64,000 nucleotides of DNA from an uncultured bacterium (GCA_950073265.1 CATMPJ010000001.1:11522-75521); one strand, 5' to 3'; counted from the stretch's first letter, positions 19,797-29,845 are shown. The notes: generated from the sequence alone by a model not told the origin. A program made the numbers and translations.

Positions 19797-19849
19797 AACT
19801 TGCGTGTATATAAATATGAAAAATACGTAAAAACCAGTACAATATACAC

Positions 19850-20236
19850 ATGCCAGATAAACCAAATCTAGATAACGTAGAAATGCATATGCCAGAGACT
19901 GGTGTCGACACAGAAGAAGTACCGAAGATGACCGTCTCGAATGGACCAATAATTGTACTTTTAATTGTTCTGCTGGTCGCGGTGCTTGGGGGTATGTACT
20001 GGTGGTACACAACCAACATGCAAGCAGAGACTCTACCACCACCAACCATGGCACCGATGCCATCGGAAAGTACGACGCCCATAGAGTCGCCGATAGACAC
20101 ACAAGCGGAGCCGACCAGTACCCCAAGCGCCACTTCAGAAACCTCTACTTCTACTGACGATCTAACTATAACAGTGAGCGAGGCGACAACCACTGAACCA
20201 GCGACTACGACCACGCCTACAGACCCTGCTGAGTAA
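19850..20236 (+). CDS. Hypothetical small single-pass membrane protein with Thr/Pro/Glu-rich tail
   Basis: 128 aa with one TM (IIVLLIVLLVAVLGGMYWWY). Flanked by terminators on both sides. The overlapping minus-strand ORFs have no supporting signals. Confidence 0.5.
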   Translation: MPDKPNLDNVEMHMPETGVDTEEVPKMTVSNGPIIVLLIVLLVAVLGGMYWWYTTNMQAETLPPPTMAPMPSESTTPIESPIDTQAEPTSTPSATSETSTSTDDLTITVSEATTTEPATTTTPTDPAE

Positions 20237-20246
20237 AATAAGGCAA

Positions 20247-20272
20247 AAGACCGGATTAGCCCGGTCTTTTTT
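20247..20272 (+). terminator. Rho-independent terminator
   Basis: aaagaccgg-attag-cccggtctttttt. Confidence 0.8.
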
Positions 20273-20318
20273 AAAATCGGTTGCATTTATTCTTGATACC
20301 AGTACACTACGAGCCACT

Positions 20319-21443
20319 ATGTCACACAATCATTCTGTAGATTTTAAAAAAGCGTTCACCGTTGAAAAACTCGATGGATCGCAAGTAAAAATTACCGGCG
20401 AACTTCCTTACGCTGAACTTGAAAGTGAGCGCAATGCCGCATTAGTCGCACTGGGAAAAAATGTGGAAATTGACGGCTTTCGTAAGGGTCACGTTCCTAC
20501 TAAGGTACTCGAGAAACATCTTGGCGAGATGGCAATTCTGGCTGAAATGGCAGAGCGAGCCATCTCACACGCGTATGGACACATCCTTGAGGCACATGAT
20601 ATTGACGCAATTGGACACCCCAAGATTGAACTTACAAAAGTTGCCCCTAATAATCCACTTGGATTCACTGCAACGGTTGCAGTAATGCCGGAAATTGAAC
20701 TGCCTGACTACAAAGCTATCGCCAAAAAAATCAATGCAGATAAGCCGTCTGGTGATGTTACTGACGAAGATGTCGAAAAACAAATAAATGATATCTTGCG
20801 TCAAAAGGCTGCGTACGAGCGCCTGCAAAAGAAAGCGGCAATGAGTGACGAGGAGAAAGCGGCTGAAAAAGAAGAAGACGTAATCCAGTCTGAAGAAGAT
20901 TTGGACAAGCTAGAAATCCCAGAACTAACTGATGAAGTAGCACAATCGCTGGGTCAGCCAGGCCAGTTCGAAGGGGTTGCTGACCTAAAAACCAAACTCA
21001 AAGAACATCTTGAGATTGAAAAGAAAAACGAAGCCACTGCAAAGCACCGCGGCAACCTCACTGATGCGATTGTCGATGAGACGAGTGTCGAGATTCCACA
21101 AATTATGATTGAATCTGAACTACAACAGATGCAGGCTCAAATGCAAGAAGATTTAGAGCGTTCGAACCTTAAACTTGATGACTATCTCAGTCATATTAAG
21201 AAAACTAAAGAGGAGCTGATGAAGGAGTGGGAACCGGCTGCAGAGAAACGAGCCAAACTGCAAATGACCCTTAACGAAATTGCCCGCGTTGAAAAAATGA
21301 GTCCTGATAAGGACAAGGTTGAGGAACAAACCAAAATTCTGATGCAACGCTTCAAAGATGCGGACGAACAACGAGTCCGTTTGTATGTCGCTTCAGTATT
21401 ACTGAACGAAGACGTCATGCAAATGCTTGAGGAGGTAAAATAA
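20319..21443 (+). CDS. tig: Trigger factor (short form; PPIase domain apparently absent)
   Basis: N-terminal ribosome-binding domain with GFRKGHVPTKVLEKHLG. At 374 aa it is much shorter than typical trigger factors. Confidence 0.85.
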   Translation: MSHNHSVDFKKAFTVEKLDGSQVKITGELPYAELESERNAALVALGKNVEIDGFRKGHVPTKVLEKHLGEMAILAEMAERAISHAYGHILEAHDIDAIGHPKIELTKVAPNNPLGFTATVAVMPEIELPDYKAIAKKINADKPSGDVTDEDVEKQINDILRQKAAYERLQKKAAMSDEEKAAEKEEDVIQSEEDLDKLEIPELTDEVAQSLGQPGQFEGVADLKTKLKEHLEIEKKNEATAKHRGNLTDAIVDETSVEIPQIMIESELQQMQAQMQEDLERSNLKLDDYLSHIKKTKEELMKEWEPAAEKRAKLQMTLNEIARVEKMSPDKDKVEEQTKILMQRFKDADEQRVRLYVASVLLNEDVMQMLEEVK

Positions 21444-21458
21444 CTTGACTCTACTTGG

Positions 21459-21489
21459 AAGCGGCGGGCCCAAAGGGCCCGCCGCTTTA
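21459..21489 (+). terminator. Terminator-like GC hairpin (family copy 4, weak T-run)
   Basis: gaagcggcgggcc-caaag-ggcccgccgctttactg. Confidence 0.6.
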
Positions 21490-21540
21490 CTGTTATAACC
21501 AGTCTGATAGGATTAGCTTGTACTCACGTACAATAAATAT

Positions 21541-22149
21541 ATGGAATTGAAAAAAGACACAACATCACCAACTGGCATGCTCGTACCAATGGTGATTGAA
21601 AAAACCCAAGGTGGCGAACGCGCATTTGACATTTACTCTCGCCTCCTTAAAGAGCGGATTATTTTTGTCACCGGTCCAATTGAAGACCACATGGCGAACC
21701 TAATTGTGGCGCAGCTTCTTTTTCTTGAGGCAGAAGACCCAAAGAAGGACATTTTTCTCTACATCAACTCACCCGGAGGAAGTGTGACTGCCGGCCTATC
21801 AATTATTGACACCATGCACCATATCAAACCAAATGTAGCGACAGTATGTGTTGGTATGGCGGCGTCGATGGGTTCACTCATCCTTTCACAAGGCGAAAAA
21901 GGTAAGCGGTTCATTTTGCCAAATGCAGAAGTAATGATTCATCAGCCATCTGGTGGAGCATACGGACAAGCATCAGACATCGATATAACTGCAAAGCACA
22001 TCATTAAGACCCGTGAACGCCTAAACAAGATGCTCGCAAAAGCCACCGGACAAAAGCTCGATAAGATTGAAAAAGACGTAGATCGTGACTTCTTCATGGA
22101 TGCTGAAGATGCTAAGAAATACGGCATCGTCGACAAGGTGTACAAATAA
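21541..22149 (+). CDS. clpP: ATP-dependent Clp protease proteolytic subunit
   Basis: 202 aa, GMAASMGS active-site Ser context and HQP His, ClpP fold signature. Confidence 0.95.
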   Translation: MELKKDTTSPTGMLVPMVIEKTQGGERAFDIYSRLLKERIIFVTGPIEDHMANLIVAQLLFLEAEDPKKDIFLYINSPGGSVTAGLSIIDTMHHIKPNVATVCVGMAASMGSLILSQGEKGKRFILPNAEVMIHQPSGGAYGQASDIDITAKHIIKTRERLNKMLAKATGQKLDKIEKDVDRDFFMDAEDAKKYGIVDKVYK

Positions 22150-22176
22150 TCATCAGTTGAAATTGTTTAACTGACT

Positions 22177-22204
22177 AGACGACGACCTTTGGGTCGTCGT
22201 TTTG
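22177..22204 (+). terminator. Rho-independent terminator
   Basis: agacgacgaccc-tttg-ggtcgtcgttttg. Confidence 0.8.
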
Positions 22205-22264
22205 CATTTATGCCAGAAATCCAGTACATTTTAGCTACACCTTTAATAAGTAAACCAAACGACC

Positions 22265-23794
22265 ATGCCACCATTGTTATTTACGGTCGCTTTGGCAATT
22301 GCATTGTGTGTGGGGATTGGAGCGGGATACTACGTAAGATATCTCCAAGCTCTATCAAGAAAATCATCGCTAGAAATACGACTGAAAGAGAAAGAAGTTG
22401 ACGCTGAAAAGAAAGCGGTGAGCATTGTCGAAAAAGCTGAAGACAAAGCCGAGAAACTACTGCAAGAGGCCAAGGAGAACCGAAAACACCTAGAAGAAAA
22501 ACTGGAACAAAAAGAGTCACGCCTCGTAAAGCGTGAAGAAATGCTTGATGAGCGACAGATTGATCTTGATTCGCAAAAGGAGTCCCTGCAGGGAAAAATC
22601 GAGGAAGTAAAGTCAATTAAAACCCGACTCGATGAGCATAAGCTTGAAATTGATAAAAAGCTAGAAACTATTGCCGGTCTGACAAAAGAGGAAGCATACG
22701 CCCGATTGTTAGAAAAAGTGGAAGACGAAAACGCCGAGGACTTGCGAGCCCGTTACGAAAAGCTCGCTCGAGCTGGAGAAGAAGCTTATGAAGCTCAAGC
22801 AAACAATATTTTGCTTGCTGCGATCCACCGCATTGGCAACAATCTCCCATCCAATATCATGACCTCTCACGTGGAAATTGAGAGCGATGATTTGAAGGGT
22901 AAAGTGATTGGGAAAGAGGGTCGAAATGTCCGCGCCTTTGAGCGCGCTACTGGTGTAGATGTGTTGATTGATGAATCGCCTGGCTACATTGTACTCTCAA
23001 GTTTTGACCCAGTGCGACGTGAAATTGCCCGAGTGGCTCTTGAAGCCTTACTCAAAGACGGTCGTATTCAACCAGCAAAGATTGAAGAATGTGTCGAAAA
23101 AGCTCGCATGGAGGTGGCAAAAACTATCAAAGCCATGGGCGAGAAAGCTGCCTACGAAGCCAAAGTACCAAATCTGCATCCAGATCTTATCACCATACTT
23201 GGTCGTCTACATTTCCGCACCAGTTACGGCCAAAATGTGTTATGGCACTCCGTTGAGATGTCACATATCGCAGCAATTATTGCGGAAGAAGTAGGCGCCG
23301 ATGTTGGTATTGCCCGTGCTGGCGCTCTCCTTCATGACATTGGCAAGTGTGTGAGCCAAGAGGTGTCCGGAACGCACGTAGAAATCGGTATTCGTATTCT
23401 TGAAAAGTACGGTGTTGATGAAAAAGTAATTCTAGCTATGCGCGCTCACCATGAAGAGTACCCATATGAAACGCCAGAAAGTATTATCGTGCAAGTGGCT
23501 GATGCTATTTCTGGTGGCAGACCAGGAGCGCGACGAGATTCAATTGAAAACTACATTAAACGCCTAGCCGACCTTGAAAAAATTGCCACGGGGCTAGCCG
23601 GTGTCGATCAAGCGTTTGCGATTGCTGCCGGTCGAGAGATTCGGGTCTTAGTAAACCCTGCTACCTTGAACGAATTTGAAGCAAATGTACTAGCCAGAAC
23701 CATTGCCCACAACATTGAAGAGCGGCTACGGTATCCTGGTGAAATCAAAGTCCACGTCATTCGCGAGACACGAGTGATCAGCTATGCACGCTAA
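22265..23794 (+). CDS. rny: Ribonuclease Y (N-terminal TM, coiled coil, KH, HD domain)
   Basis: HD motif LLHDIGK, KH domain GKVIGKEGRNVRAFE, N-terminal TM. Confidence 0.9.
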   Translation: MPPLLFTVALAIALCVGIGAGYYVRYLQALSRKSSLEIRLKEKEVDAEKKAVSIVEKAEDKAEKLLQEAKENRKHLEEKLEQKESRLVKREEMLDERQIDLDSQKESLQGKIEEVKSIKTRLDEHKLEIDKKLETIAGLTKEEAYARLLEKVEDENAEDLRARYEKLARAGEEAYEAQANNILLAAIHRIGNNLPSNIMTSHVEIESDDLKGKVIGKEGRNVRAFERATGVDVLIDESPGYIVLSSFDPVRREIARVALEALLKDGRIQPAKIEECVEKARMEVAKTIKAMGEKAAYEAKVPNLHPDLITILGRLHFRTSYGQNVLWHSVEMSHIAAIIAEEVGADVGIARAGALLHDIGKCVSQEVSGTHVEIGIRILEKYGVDEKVILAMRAHHEEYPYETPESIIVQVADAISGGRPGARRDSIENYIKRLADLEKIATGLAGVDQAFAIAAGREIRVLVNPATLNEFEANVLARTIAHNIEERLRYPGEIKVHVIRETRVISYAR

Positions 23795-23965
23795 ATCAAG
23801 GCAGTTCGCTCACTCGAGCGAAATTATTACACAATGAATTATTCACTTGTGTAGTCGTTGCAGGCAATACGTGTTGCTATATAATGTTTTATAAGCCATT
23901 AAGGCAAGTGCTTGAGTTATCGCTCACCACAAATTTATACGCTCTTAGAAAATAAATTCTGAACT

Positions 23966-24238
23966 ATGAACAAAGCAGACATCATCAGCAAGGTGCATGA
24001 AGTACTTGGCGGTACTAAAGCAGACGCTGAACGAGCAGTAGACACTGTATTCGGAGGCATCGAAGCAGCCCTAAAAGACGGTACGCAAGTATCTATCGCA
24101 GGTTTCGGTATTTTCGAAGCTAAAATGCGCGCTGCACGCGAAGCTCGCAACCCTCGCACTGGTGAAACCGTAAAGGTGCCAGCTATGCGCGTTCCAAAAT
24201 TCCGCGCTGCAAAGGCCCTCAAGGATTCAGTAAAATAA
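23966..24238 (+). CDS. hup: DNA-binding protein HU
   Basis: 90 aa, GFGIFEAKMRAAREARNPRTGETVKVPAMRVPKFRAAKALKD. Confidence 0.9.
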   Translation: MNKADIISKVHEVLGGTKADAERAVDTVFGGIEAALKDGTQVSIAGFGIFEAKMRAAREARNPRTGETVKVPAMRVPKFRAAKALKDSVK

Positions 24239-24248
24239 GCCTTATTCT

Positions 24249-24283
24249 CAAAAGCAGCGGCCCCTCACGGGGCCGCTGCTTTC
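24249..24283 (+). terminator. Rho-independent terminator (variant of the GC-hairpin family)
   Basis: aaagcagcggcccc-tcac-ggggccgctgctttctttg. Confidence 0.75.
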
Positions 24284-24481
24284 TTTGTCTCGTCCTTAAC
24301 CCGGCGTGCTATACTTGTTGCATAGCGGAGGTAATACGCTATTCGTGGGTATAGACACTATTTCCCATCACAAACAAAAATGCCCTTTGGAGGGGGCATT
24401 TTTGTTTAAGGTATTTTTAAAATGCCTATGAGAAATTTTCCTCAATGACAATTATCGGAATAAAGGCTGTTGCCAGTTGTT

Positions 24482-24504
24482 TTGAAGTCTATTTGTGGTA
24501 GAAT
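24482..24504 (+). promoter_or_regulatory. Putative extended -10 promoter for tRNA-Gly (TGgTAGAAT)
   Basis: TG at 24496..24497 plus TAGAAT at 24499..24504, 14 nt before the tRNA 5' end. The -35 element is weak. Confidence 0.4.
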
Positions 24505-24517
24505 CCTCTCACTTATC

Positions 24518-24588
24518 GCGAGTGTAGTTTAGTGGTAAAACAGCTGCCTTCCAAGCAGCGGTCGGGGGTTCGATTCCTCTCACTCGCA
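24518..24588 (+). tRNA. tRNA-Gly (anticodon UCC), no encoded CCA
   Basis: Acceptor GCGAGTG/CACTCGC, anticodon stem GCTGC/GCAGC, loop CTTCCAA, T-loop TTCGATT. Followed by a terminator. Confidence 0.85.
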
Positions 24589-24597
24589 CAACTAGGT

Positions 24598-24635
24598 AAA
24601 CAAAAACGACGTCATTAATGACGTCGTTTTTGTTT
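24598..24635 (+). terminator. Rho-independent terminator after tRNA-Gly
   Basis: aaacaaaaacgacgtcattaatgacgtcgtttttgttt. Confidence 0.8.
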
Positions 24636-24871
24636 AGAAACTGAACTGCTTCAGTTTAGTGCCTGGTTGTGAAGCGGAGCCATGTATTTTTCTCATTTCC
24701 TAGAGAAAAATAAGGCGAGCTGGGGCAGCTAAGTACTTAGCAAAATCATCACGGAGTGATTATTTTGGTTAGTAACTTGCGCCTACCATGTACTCTTTCT
24801 TCATCAATGAAAATAATTGACCCCTGACCGATTTCCCTCTATTCTCATATTTTTGCTATACTACCAACCAT

Positions 24872-25288
24872 ATGCAAGAGTCTCTAAACTTAATTGGTGA
24901 CCAATCTAAATGCCCTGTGGCGTTAATCATCCGTGATAATAAGATCCTTTTAGGACACAGACACTACACTCCTGACAAATGGAAGACTGTGTCCGTTTGG
25001 ACATGCCCAGGAGGTAGATGTGATGACGGTGAAACAATCGAAGACACCTTAAGACGAGAAGTTGAGGAAGAAACAGGTATTAGTAATTTAAAAATCGAGG
25101 AATTTTTAGGTGAGTATCCTGGCGCAAAGGAAGGTGATTTCGTTCCTGTTTTTCGCTGCAGTACTGATGAAGAGGCCAAAAACATTGAGCCTCATAAATT
25201 TTCGGAGTGGAAATGGTTTGGCAGAGAAGAACTCCCTGAAGCTTTTATAAATAAAGACATTGCTCTGCTAATCAAAAAGGTCTTGTAA
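24872..25288 (+). CDS. NUDIX hydrolase
   Basis: Nudix box GGRCDDGETIEDTLRREVEEETGI. Confidence 0.8.
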   Translation: MQESLNLIGDQSKCPVALIIRDNKILLGHRHYTPDKWKTVSVWTCPGGRCDDGETIEDTLRREVEEETGISNLKIEEFLGEYPGAKEGDFVPVFRCSTDEEAKNIEPHKFSEWKWFGREELPEAFINKDIALLIKKVL

Positions 25289-25318
25289 GTCGCACCGTTG
25301 AACAGCTTGCACAAAAAA

Positions 25319-25340
25319 ATCAGCCCCGAACGGGGCTGAT
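25319..25340. terminator. Bidirectional terminator between convergent genes
   Basis: atcagccccgaacggggctgat. Confidence 0.7.
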
Positions 25341-25366
25341 ATAGTTTAGGCAAGACAGTCCATCCA

Positions 25367-25996
25367 CTACCAGAATACGATAGTTAGAGCGACCGCCAAC
25401 ACGAACAACGTATACTCGATGCCAGAAATCCAATTGATTCGTAGGTAGTATCTATCAATCCAGTCATCGATACCGTATTTTTGGATATACTCACTTAACT
25501 CGTCATACGACCAAGTGACTACTAGTCGCAAACGACGTTCGTCTTGCGGCAGGGTGTCCCAAAGACCCTTTTCCTGCAAAATCTGCTTGAGTAGGTTGGC
25601 TCGCCGTCCCAATAACTTGAATCGACGATTGGTAAGTGGCCATAAGAGCGGAATACCCCACCCAGTGCCATACAGATCGTTGACGAAGTGCAACATGGTC
25701 GCTACGAGAAACATCGTCCCCCAGAACACGTCAAACTGTAAAAGTATAATGCCTGTCACTAGAAACAGGACAGGGAAATGCAACGCCTCTCGGTGGTCGT
25801 GGGCGTACTGATTGGAGGCAGCCACCTTGCCACGTTTCAATAATTCAGGCAGCGCATCTAGGTCCGGACTCATCGCTAGTGCTATTGCGACAGCTACATG
25901 CCCCCAGACCAAATCGACGTTGGCAATGTGGGAGGCTAGCAAAACAGCGAACAGGCCGTTTGCTACATCTACGAGAATTGCGAGGGTTGATTTCAT
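25367..25996 (-). CDS. Membrane-bound metal-dependent hydrolase-like protein (YdjM/DUF457-like)
   Basis: Polytopic membrane protein with conserved His/Asp (NQYAHDHREALHFP, HFVNDLYGTGWG) resembling the PF04307 family. Confidence 0.5.
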   Translation of the reverse strand: MKSTLAILVDVANGLFAVLLASHIANVDLVWGHVAVAIALAMSPDLDALPELLKRGKVAASNQYAHDHREALHFPVLFLVTGIILLQFDVFWGTMFLVATMLHFVNDLYGTGWGIPLLWPLTNRRFKLLGRRANLLKQILQEKGLWDTLPQDERRLRLVVTWSYDELSEYIQKYGIDDWIDRYYLRINWISGIEYTLFVLAVALTIVFW

Positions 25997-26079
25997 GATA
26001 CTTTCCTAATGTTACTATCCTCAGCGTAGTAAAACATTTTACTTATTTTCGCTCAAGCAATATGATCGTCGGTAATTTA

Positions 26080-26928
26080 CTACTTCCCAATCATATGCAC
26101 ATCTCTTTGCGGAAATGGGATAGTGATACCCGCTTCATCTAATGCCTTTTTACACAGCTCGGTGAGTCTGAAGGTAAATTGCTGTTCTTGCCGAGCATTG
26201 TCTATCCATATACGTAAAAGCAAATTCACTCCTGAATCAGCTAATGCATCAACCACCACTTCCGGTTCCGGGTCTCTCCGAATACCTTCTATGTGTCGTG
26301 CCGCCTCCACCAACACTTTACGGGCCTTCTCAATATCCTCTGCATACGGAATAGCCACTTTCGCACTAATGCGGACCATTCCTTGCTCGGAGAAATTGGT
26401 TACTGAAGTGTTGGTCACCAGTGAGTTAGGAAGACTCACGAACGTATTATCTAACGTTCGGATTTTTGTGGTACGTAAGCTAATGGATACAACTTCTCCA
26501 TAGTGGTCGTTTATGGTTACCCAGTCCCCCACTCGGTATAGATGATCTATAAAAATACCAAATCCGGAAATAACGTTAGAAAGTGTTTGTTGGGCGGCAA
26601 AGCCAACCGCGATACCAAGCACACCGACACCAGCCAGAGCAGCGGTGACATTAAAACCAAGCTGACTAAGCGCAAAGATTATAGTCAACAGGATAACCAG
26701 CCATTTATATACTGTTCTAACCGTGATTCGAATCAGCGATCGTTGCATCGGTGTACGTTTCAAGCCAGCCTCTATAAGCCGGCGGGTAATCATGTAAAAC
26801 AAGCTGCCACTCAACAGTACAAATATTGCGCCACTGAGGCTGGGAATTAATTCCCACGCATTATGGGTTAAGGCTTCTTTAGTTAAGCCACTTTGTTCTA
26901 AAAATGCATTCATATCCATAGTATACAC
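26080..26928 (-). CDS. Mechanosensitive ion channel, MscS family
   Basis: TM helices followed by an MscS beta-domain (RVGDWVTINDHYGEVVSISLRTTKIRTLDNTFVSLPNS). Confidence 0.8.
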   Translation of the reverse strand: MYTMDMNAFLEQSGLTKEALTHNAWELIPSLSGAIFVLLSGSLFYMITRRLIEAGLKRTPMQRSLIRITVRTVYKWLVILLTIIFALSQLGFNVTAALAGVGVLGIAVGFAAQQTLSNVISGFGIFIDHLYRVGDWVTINDHYGEVVSISLRTTKIRTLDNTFVSLPNSLVTNTSVTNFSEQGMVRISAKVAIPYAEDIEKARKVLVEAARHIEGIRRDPEPEVVVDALADSGVNLLLRIWIDNARQEQQFTFRLTELCKKALDEAGITIPFPQRDVHMIGK

Positions 26929-26984
26929 GCTCTTTATGGTGAGTATTTGATCGTAAAACTAGCCGCGGTGCTATACTGATTGTA

Positions 26985-28058
26985 ATGAATATTCTGGGTT
27001 CAATTTTCGTGTTTATAATCTCTGGCTATATAGCATTTACCAATGCCCTAGCCACACAAATCGAAAATATATTGCCCACAAGTGAAAAAGCCGGAGAGGA
27101 AGAAATTCTTACTGACGAAATGTCCTTGCTGCCCTCAATCTTTGGCAACCGTATTCCCGATATACTGCTCTCCAGCGCCGCGTACCAACAAGCCGCCTTA
27201 AGCAACGCCGGCACTTCTGGCCAAACAGCCAGCACACCCGAGGAGGCACTCGTAAATGTTTTTTGTACTTTTACTACTGATGACTTGGTTCGCACTACGA
27301 CGGGATCGGGATTTTTTATTGATCCAGACGGCATCATCATGACCAATGCACACGTAGCACAATTTTTATTATTGGAAGAAACTGAAGAATTCGGTGAGAC
27401 TGATTGTATTATTCGCACCGGCAATCCAGCGAGCCCTCGGTACCGCGCAGAACTACTATATCTTCCGCCGGCATGGATAGAAGAAAATGCTGATAATTTG
27501 AGTCAAACAATCCCTCTAGGGACTGGGGAACGTGACTATGCACTCTTGTATGTAAGTGAATCAATAGATGGTGGATCTACACCGATCGTTTTTCCAGCGC
27601 TTATGGTGGCAGACGATCTATTACCAGTCTCGGTACGGGGTGACGAAGTGGTAGCTGCCGGATATCCAGCCTCTGAGCTAATACGCAACGGTTCAAACAC
27701 ACCACTGAATGCTCAAGTGGCAGATACAACCATCTCCGAATTATATACATTTGGCTCAAATTACGCGGATGTCATCGCTGTTCGTGGTAGTGCAGTGGGC
27801 GCTGAAGGCGCTTCAGGTGGACCAGTATTAAACGATGTTGGAGAGGTGATCGGCATTATCGTCACTCGTGGTGACGACGAGACAGACGGTGAAGGTAGTT
27901 TGCGCGCCATTACTATGGCTCACATCAGTCGCACCATGGAACAAGAAACTGGACAAAGTTTACCCAACAGCCTCGGCGGCAATCTGGAGCTCAAGTCACA
28001 GATATTTACTGACACCGTAGCTCCTTTTTTATTGCAGATACTAGAAGACAATAACTAA
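26985..28058 (+). CDS. Trypsin-like (S1/S1C) serine protease with N-terminal membrane anchor
   Basis: GSGFFIDPDGIIMTNAHV (His), DYALLYV (Asp), GASGGPVLN (Ser) catalytic motifs. No PDZ domain seen. Confidence 0.75.
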   Translation: MNILGSIFVFIISGYIAFTNALATQIENILPTSEKAGEEEILTDEMSLLPSIFGNRIPDILLSSAAYQQAALSNAGTSGQTASTPEEALVNVFCTFTTDDLVRTTTGSGFFIDPDGIIMTNAHVAQFLLLEETEEFGETDCIIRTGNPASPRYRAELLYLPPAWIEENADNLSQTIPLGTGERDYALLYVSESIDGGSTPIVFPALMVADDLLPVSVRGDEVVAAGYPASELIRNGSNTPLNAQVADTTISELYTFGSNYADVIAVRGSAVGAEGASGGPVLNDVGEVIGIIVTRGDDETDGEGSLRAITMAHISRTMEQETGQSLPNSLGGNLELKSQIFTDTVAPFLLQILEDNN

Positions 28059-28112
28059 TAGAAAGGCGCGACCGTTGGCCGCGCCTTGCTTGACACGATT
28101 GGGTGAAGACCG

Positions 28113-28334
28113 TCACCCTGTCGTCTGACTGATGAGTGTACCGTTCTTGTTGTAGTCCTTAGGCATATGAGGCTGGCCCGCATCCATACGACGAACGCAA
28201 GCATTCAAATCACTCGCATGGAATCGCCAAGCAAGCTCTGCGCGAAAAGCTTTCGTACCCGGAATAAATCCGTCACGCTTCAGCTCCTTGCGCACTTCTT
28301 CAGCCGATACGACATCTTCACAACATCCAACCAT
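28113..28334 (-). CDS. Hypothetical small protein (73 aa)
   Basis: ORF with a plausible hairpin terminator downstream (28066..28090). No recognisable family. Confidence 0.35.
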   Translation of the reverse strand: MVGCCEDVVSAEEVRKELKRDGFIPGTKAFRAELAWRFHASDLNACVRRMDAGQPHMPKDYNKNGTLISQTTG

Positions 28335-28397
28335 AACTTAATTCTCCCCAAAGTACTGTTCCTCCCCACGAACCATTCGTGAGGCAACAATTATGCC

Positions 28398-28439
28398 GAA
28401 ACGAAATACCCGCCAACGTGTTGGCGGGTATTTCGTTTC
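28398..28439. other. Perfect 19-bp hairpin with cgtg tetraloop (unassigned structured element)
   Basis: gaaacgaaatacccgccaa-cgtg-ttggcgggtatttcgtttc. There is no flanking T-run on either strand. Confidence 0.6.
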
Positions 28440-28699
28440 CAGTTATGACACTACAACGAACCCGCTCTCGCAATCACAATCACGACCAGGAGAATGGTCT
28501 GGAAATTGAAAGCCGTAGTTGTTTGTGCCATAGGCATAAACTGATAGTACTTGATGTACCCAAAACGTCAAGTTATCTCTTCCCAACACTCCCACCACAT
28601 ACCCAGAGAACGAACTGGCTGTAATTGGGTGGGTTTGGCTAGGGCAGTTGTCAGTTTGTGAGTCGAGTATGTGGTGGGAGTGTCCGCCCGATCTCTTCT

Positions 28700-29803
28700 C
28701 TACTTACTGTAGATAGTTTGCGTTGGATAAGCAAACTCTATTCCCTTATCAGCAAAAGCACGGAGTAATCGATAATTGAATTCATGCTGCGCATCAAGGT
28801 ACGTAACCATATCTGCCGATTCAATAAAGTACACGAAGTCAAAGAGTAACGCAGAGTCTCCAAAGGCAGTGAAATGCACCCGATCAAATCGAACGTTCTC
28901 AATCCCGTCCAGCACATCTTTTATGATACCTGGTACTGCTTCGACTAATTCTCTGCCTGTTTCATAGGTGATACCGATTTGGTCGGCAATCCGACGCTCC
29001 TGCATTCGCTCGAGATTCTGTACTCTAGCAGTGGTCAGCTCAGTATTAGATAAAATGAGCTCTTCCCCACGCAACGTTTTAATCCGAGTTGATTTAATGC
29101 CTATTTTTTCTACGGTTCCAGTATCGTTGCCGATAGTGACCACATCACCAATGCGAAATGGTTTATCAAAATAGATTGAAAATGATGCAAACAAATCTGA
29201 CAATACTCCCTGCAATGCAAACGCCACCGCAATACCGCCGATACCTAAGCCGGCAATCAGTGAGGTCACATTCACCCCCAGATTCGCTAGCACAAATAGT
29301 CCGCCAAGCACCCACAGAACTGCACGAGCAATAATCCGAATCAGATCTGCCATGGTTTCAGCATTGGCATCAGTAACGTCGCCGTCGCTAGATTTGCGCA
29401 CGTATCGACTGGCCAGGTAATCGATTACGATAACAGCAATCTCAATTACTTGCCACACAACTGCAAATAAGAAAACTCCTAAAGAGACTGTTTCAAGCCA
29501 AGTTGGCAACGTAAAAATATGTAGGGCAGCATAGATGGAAACAATCGAATACACCCCACCACGAATGCCTTCGACGGCAGCGATAACTGTGTCATCAAAG
29601 CGGGTATTGGTTTTTGCAGAAAAGCTGCGCAATTGCACCAGTATGATTTGCTGCAATAACCAAAAACATAGGTTCAGACCTAGAAATATTGCCACCGCAA
29701 TCAAAAATTTTCCCATCGGTACAGTCCCAAGAAATGGCAAACTGTAACTATATTCCATAAGTCTTTCAATAGATAGTAGTAGCTCCGTCATAGTTTGATT
29801 CAA
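28700..29803 (-). CDS. Mechanosensitive ion channel, MscS family (second paralogue)
   Basis: TM domain plus MscS beta-domain (FRIGDVVTIGNDTGTVEKIGIKSTRIKTLRGEELILSN). Confidence 0.8.
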   Translation of the reverse strand: MNQTMTELLLSIERLMEYSYSLPFLGTVPMGKFLIAVAIFLGLNLCFWLLQQIILVQLRSFSAKTNTRFDDTVIAAVEGIRGGVYSIVSIYAALHIFTLPTWLETVSLGVFLFAVVWQVIEIAVIVIDYLASRYVRKSSDGDVTDANAETMADLIRIIARAVLWVLGGLFVLANLGVNVTSLIAGLGIGGIAVAFALQGVLSDLFASFSIYFDKPFRIGDVVTIGNDTGTVEKIGIKSTRIKTLRGEELILSNTELTTARVQNLERMQERRIADQIGITYETGRELVEAVPGIIKDVLDGIENVRFDRVHFTAFGDSALLFDFVYFIESADMVTYLDAQHEFNYRLLRAFADKGIEFAYPTQTIYSK

Positions 29804-29845
29804 ATAATACGTTTTACCAGCTTACCAAATACCAACTGTCAGCTC

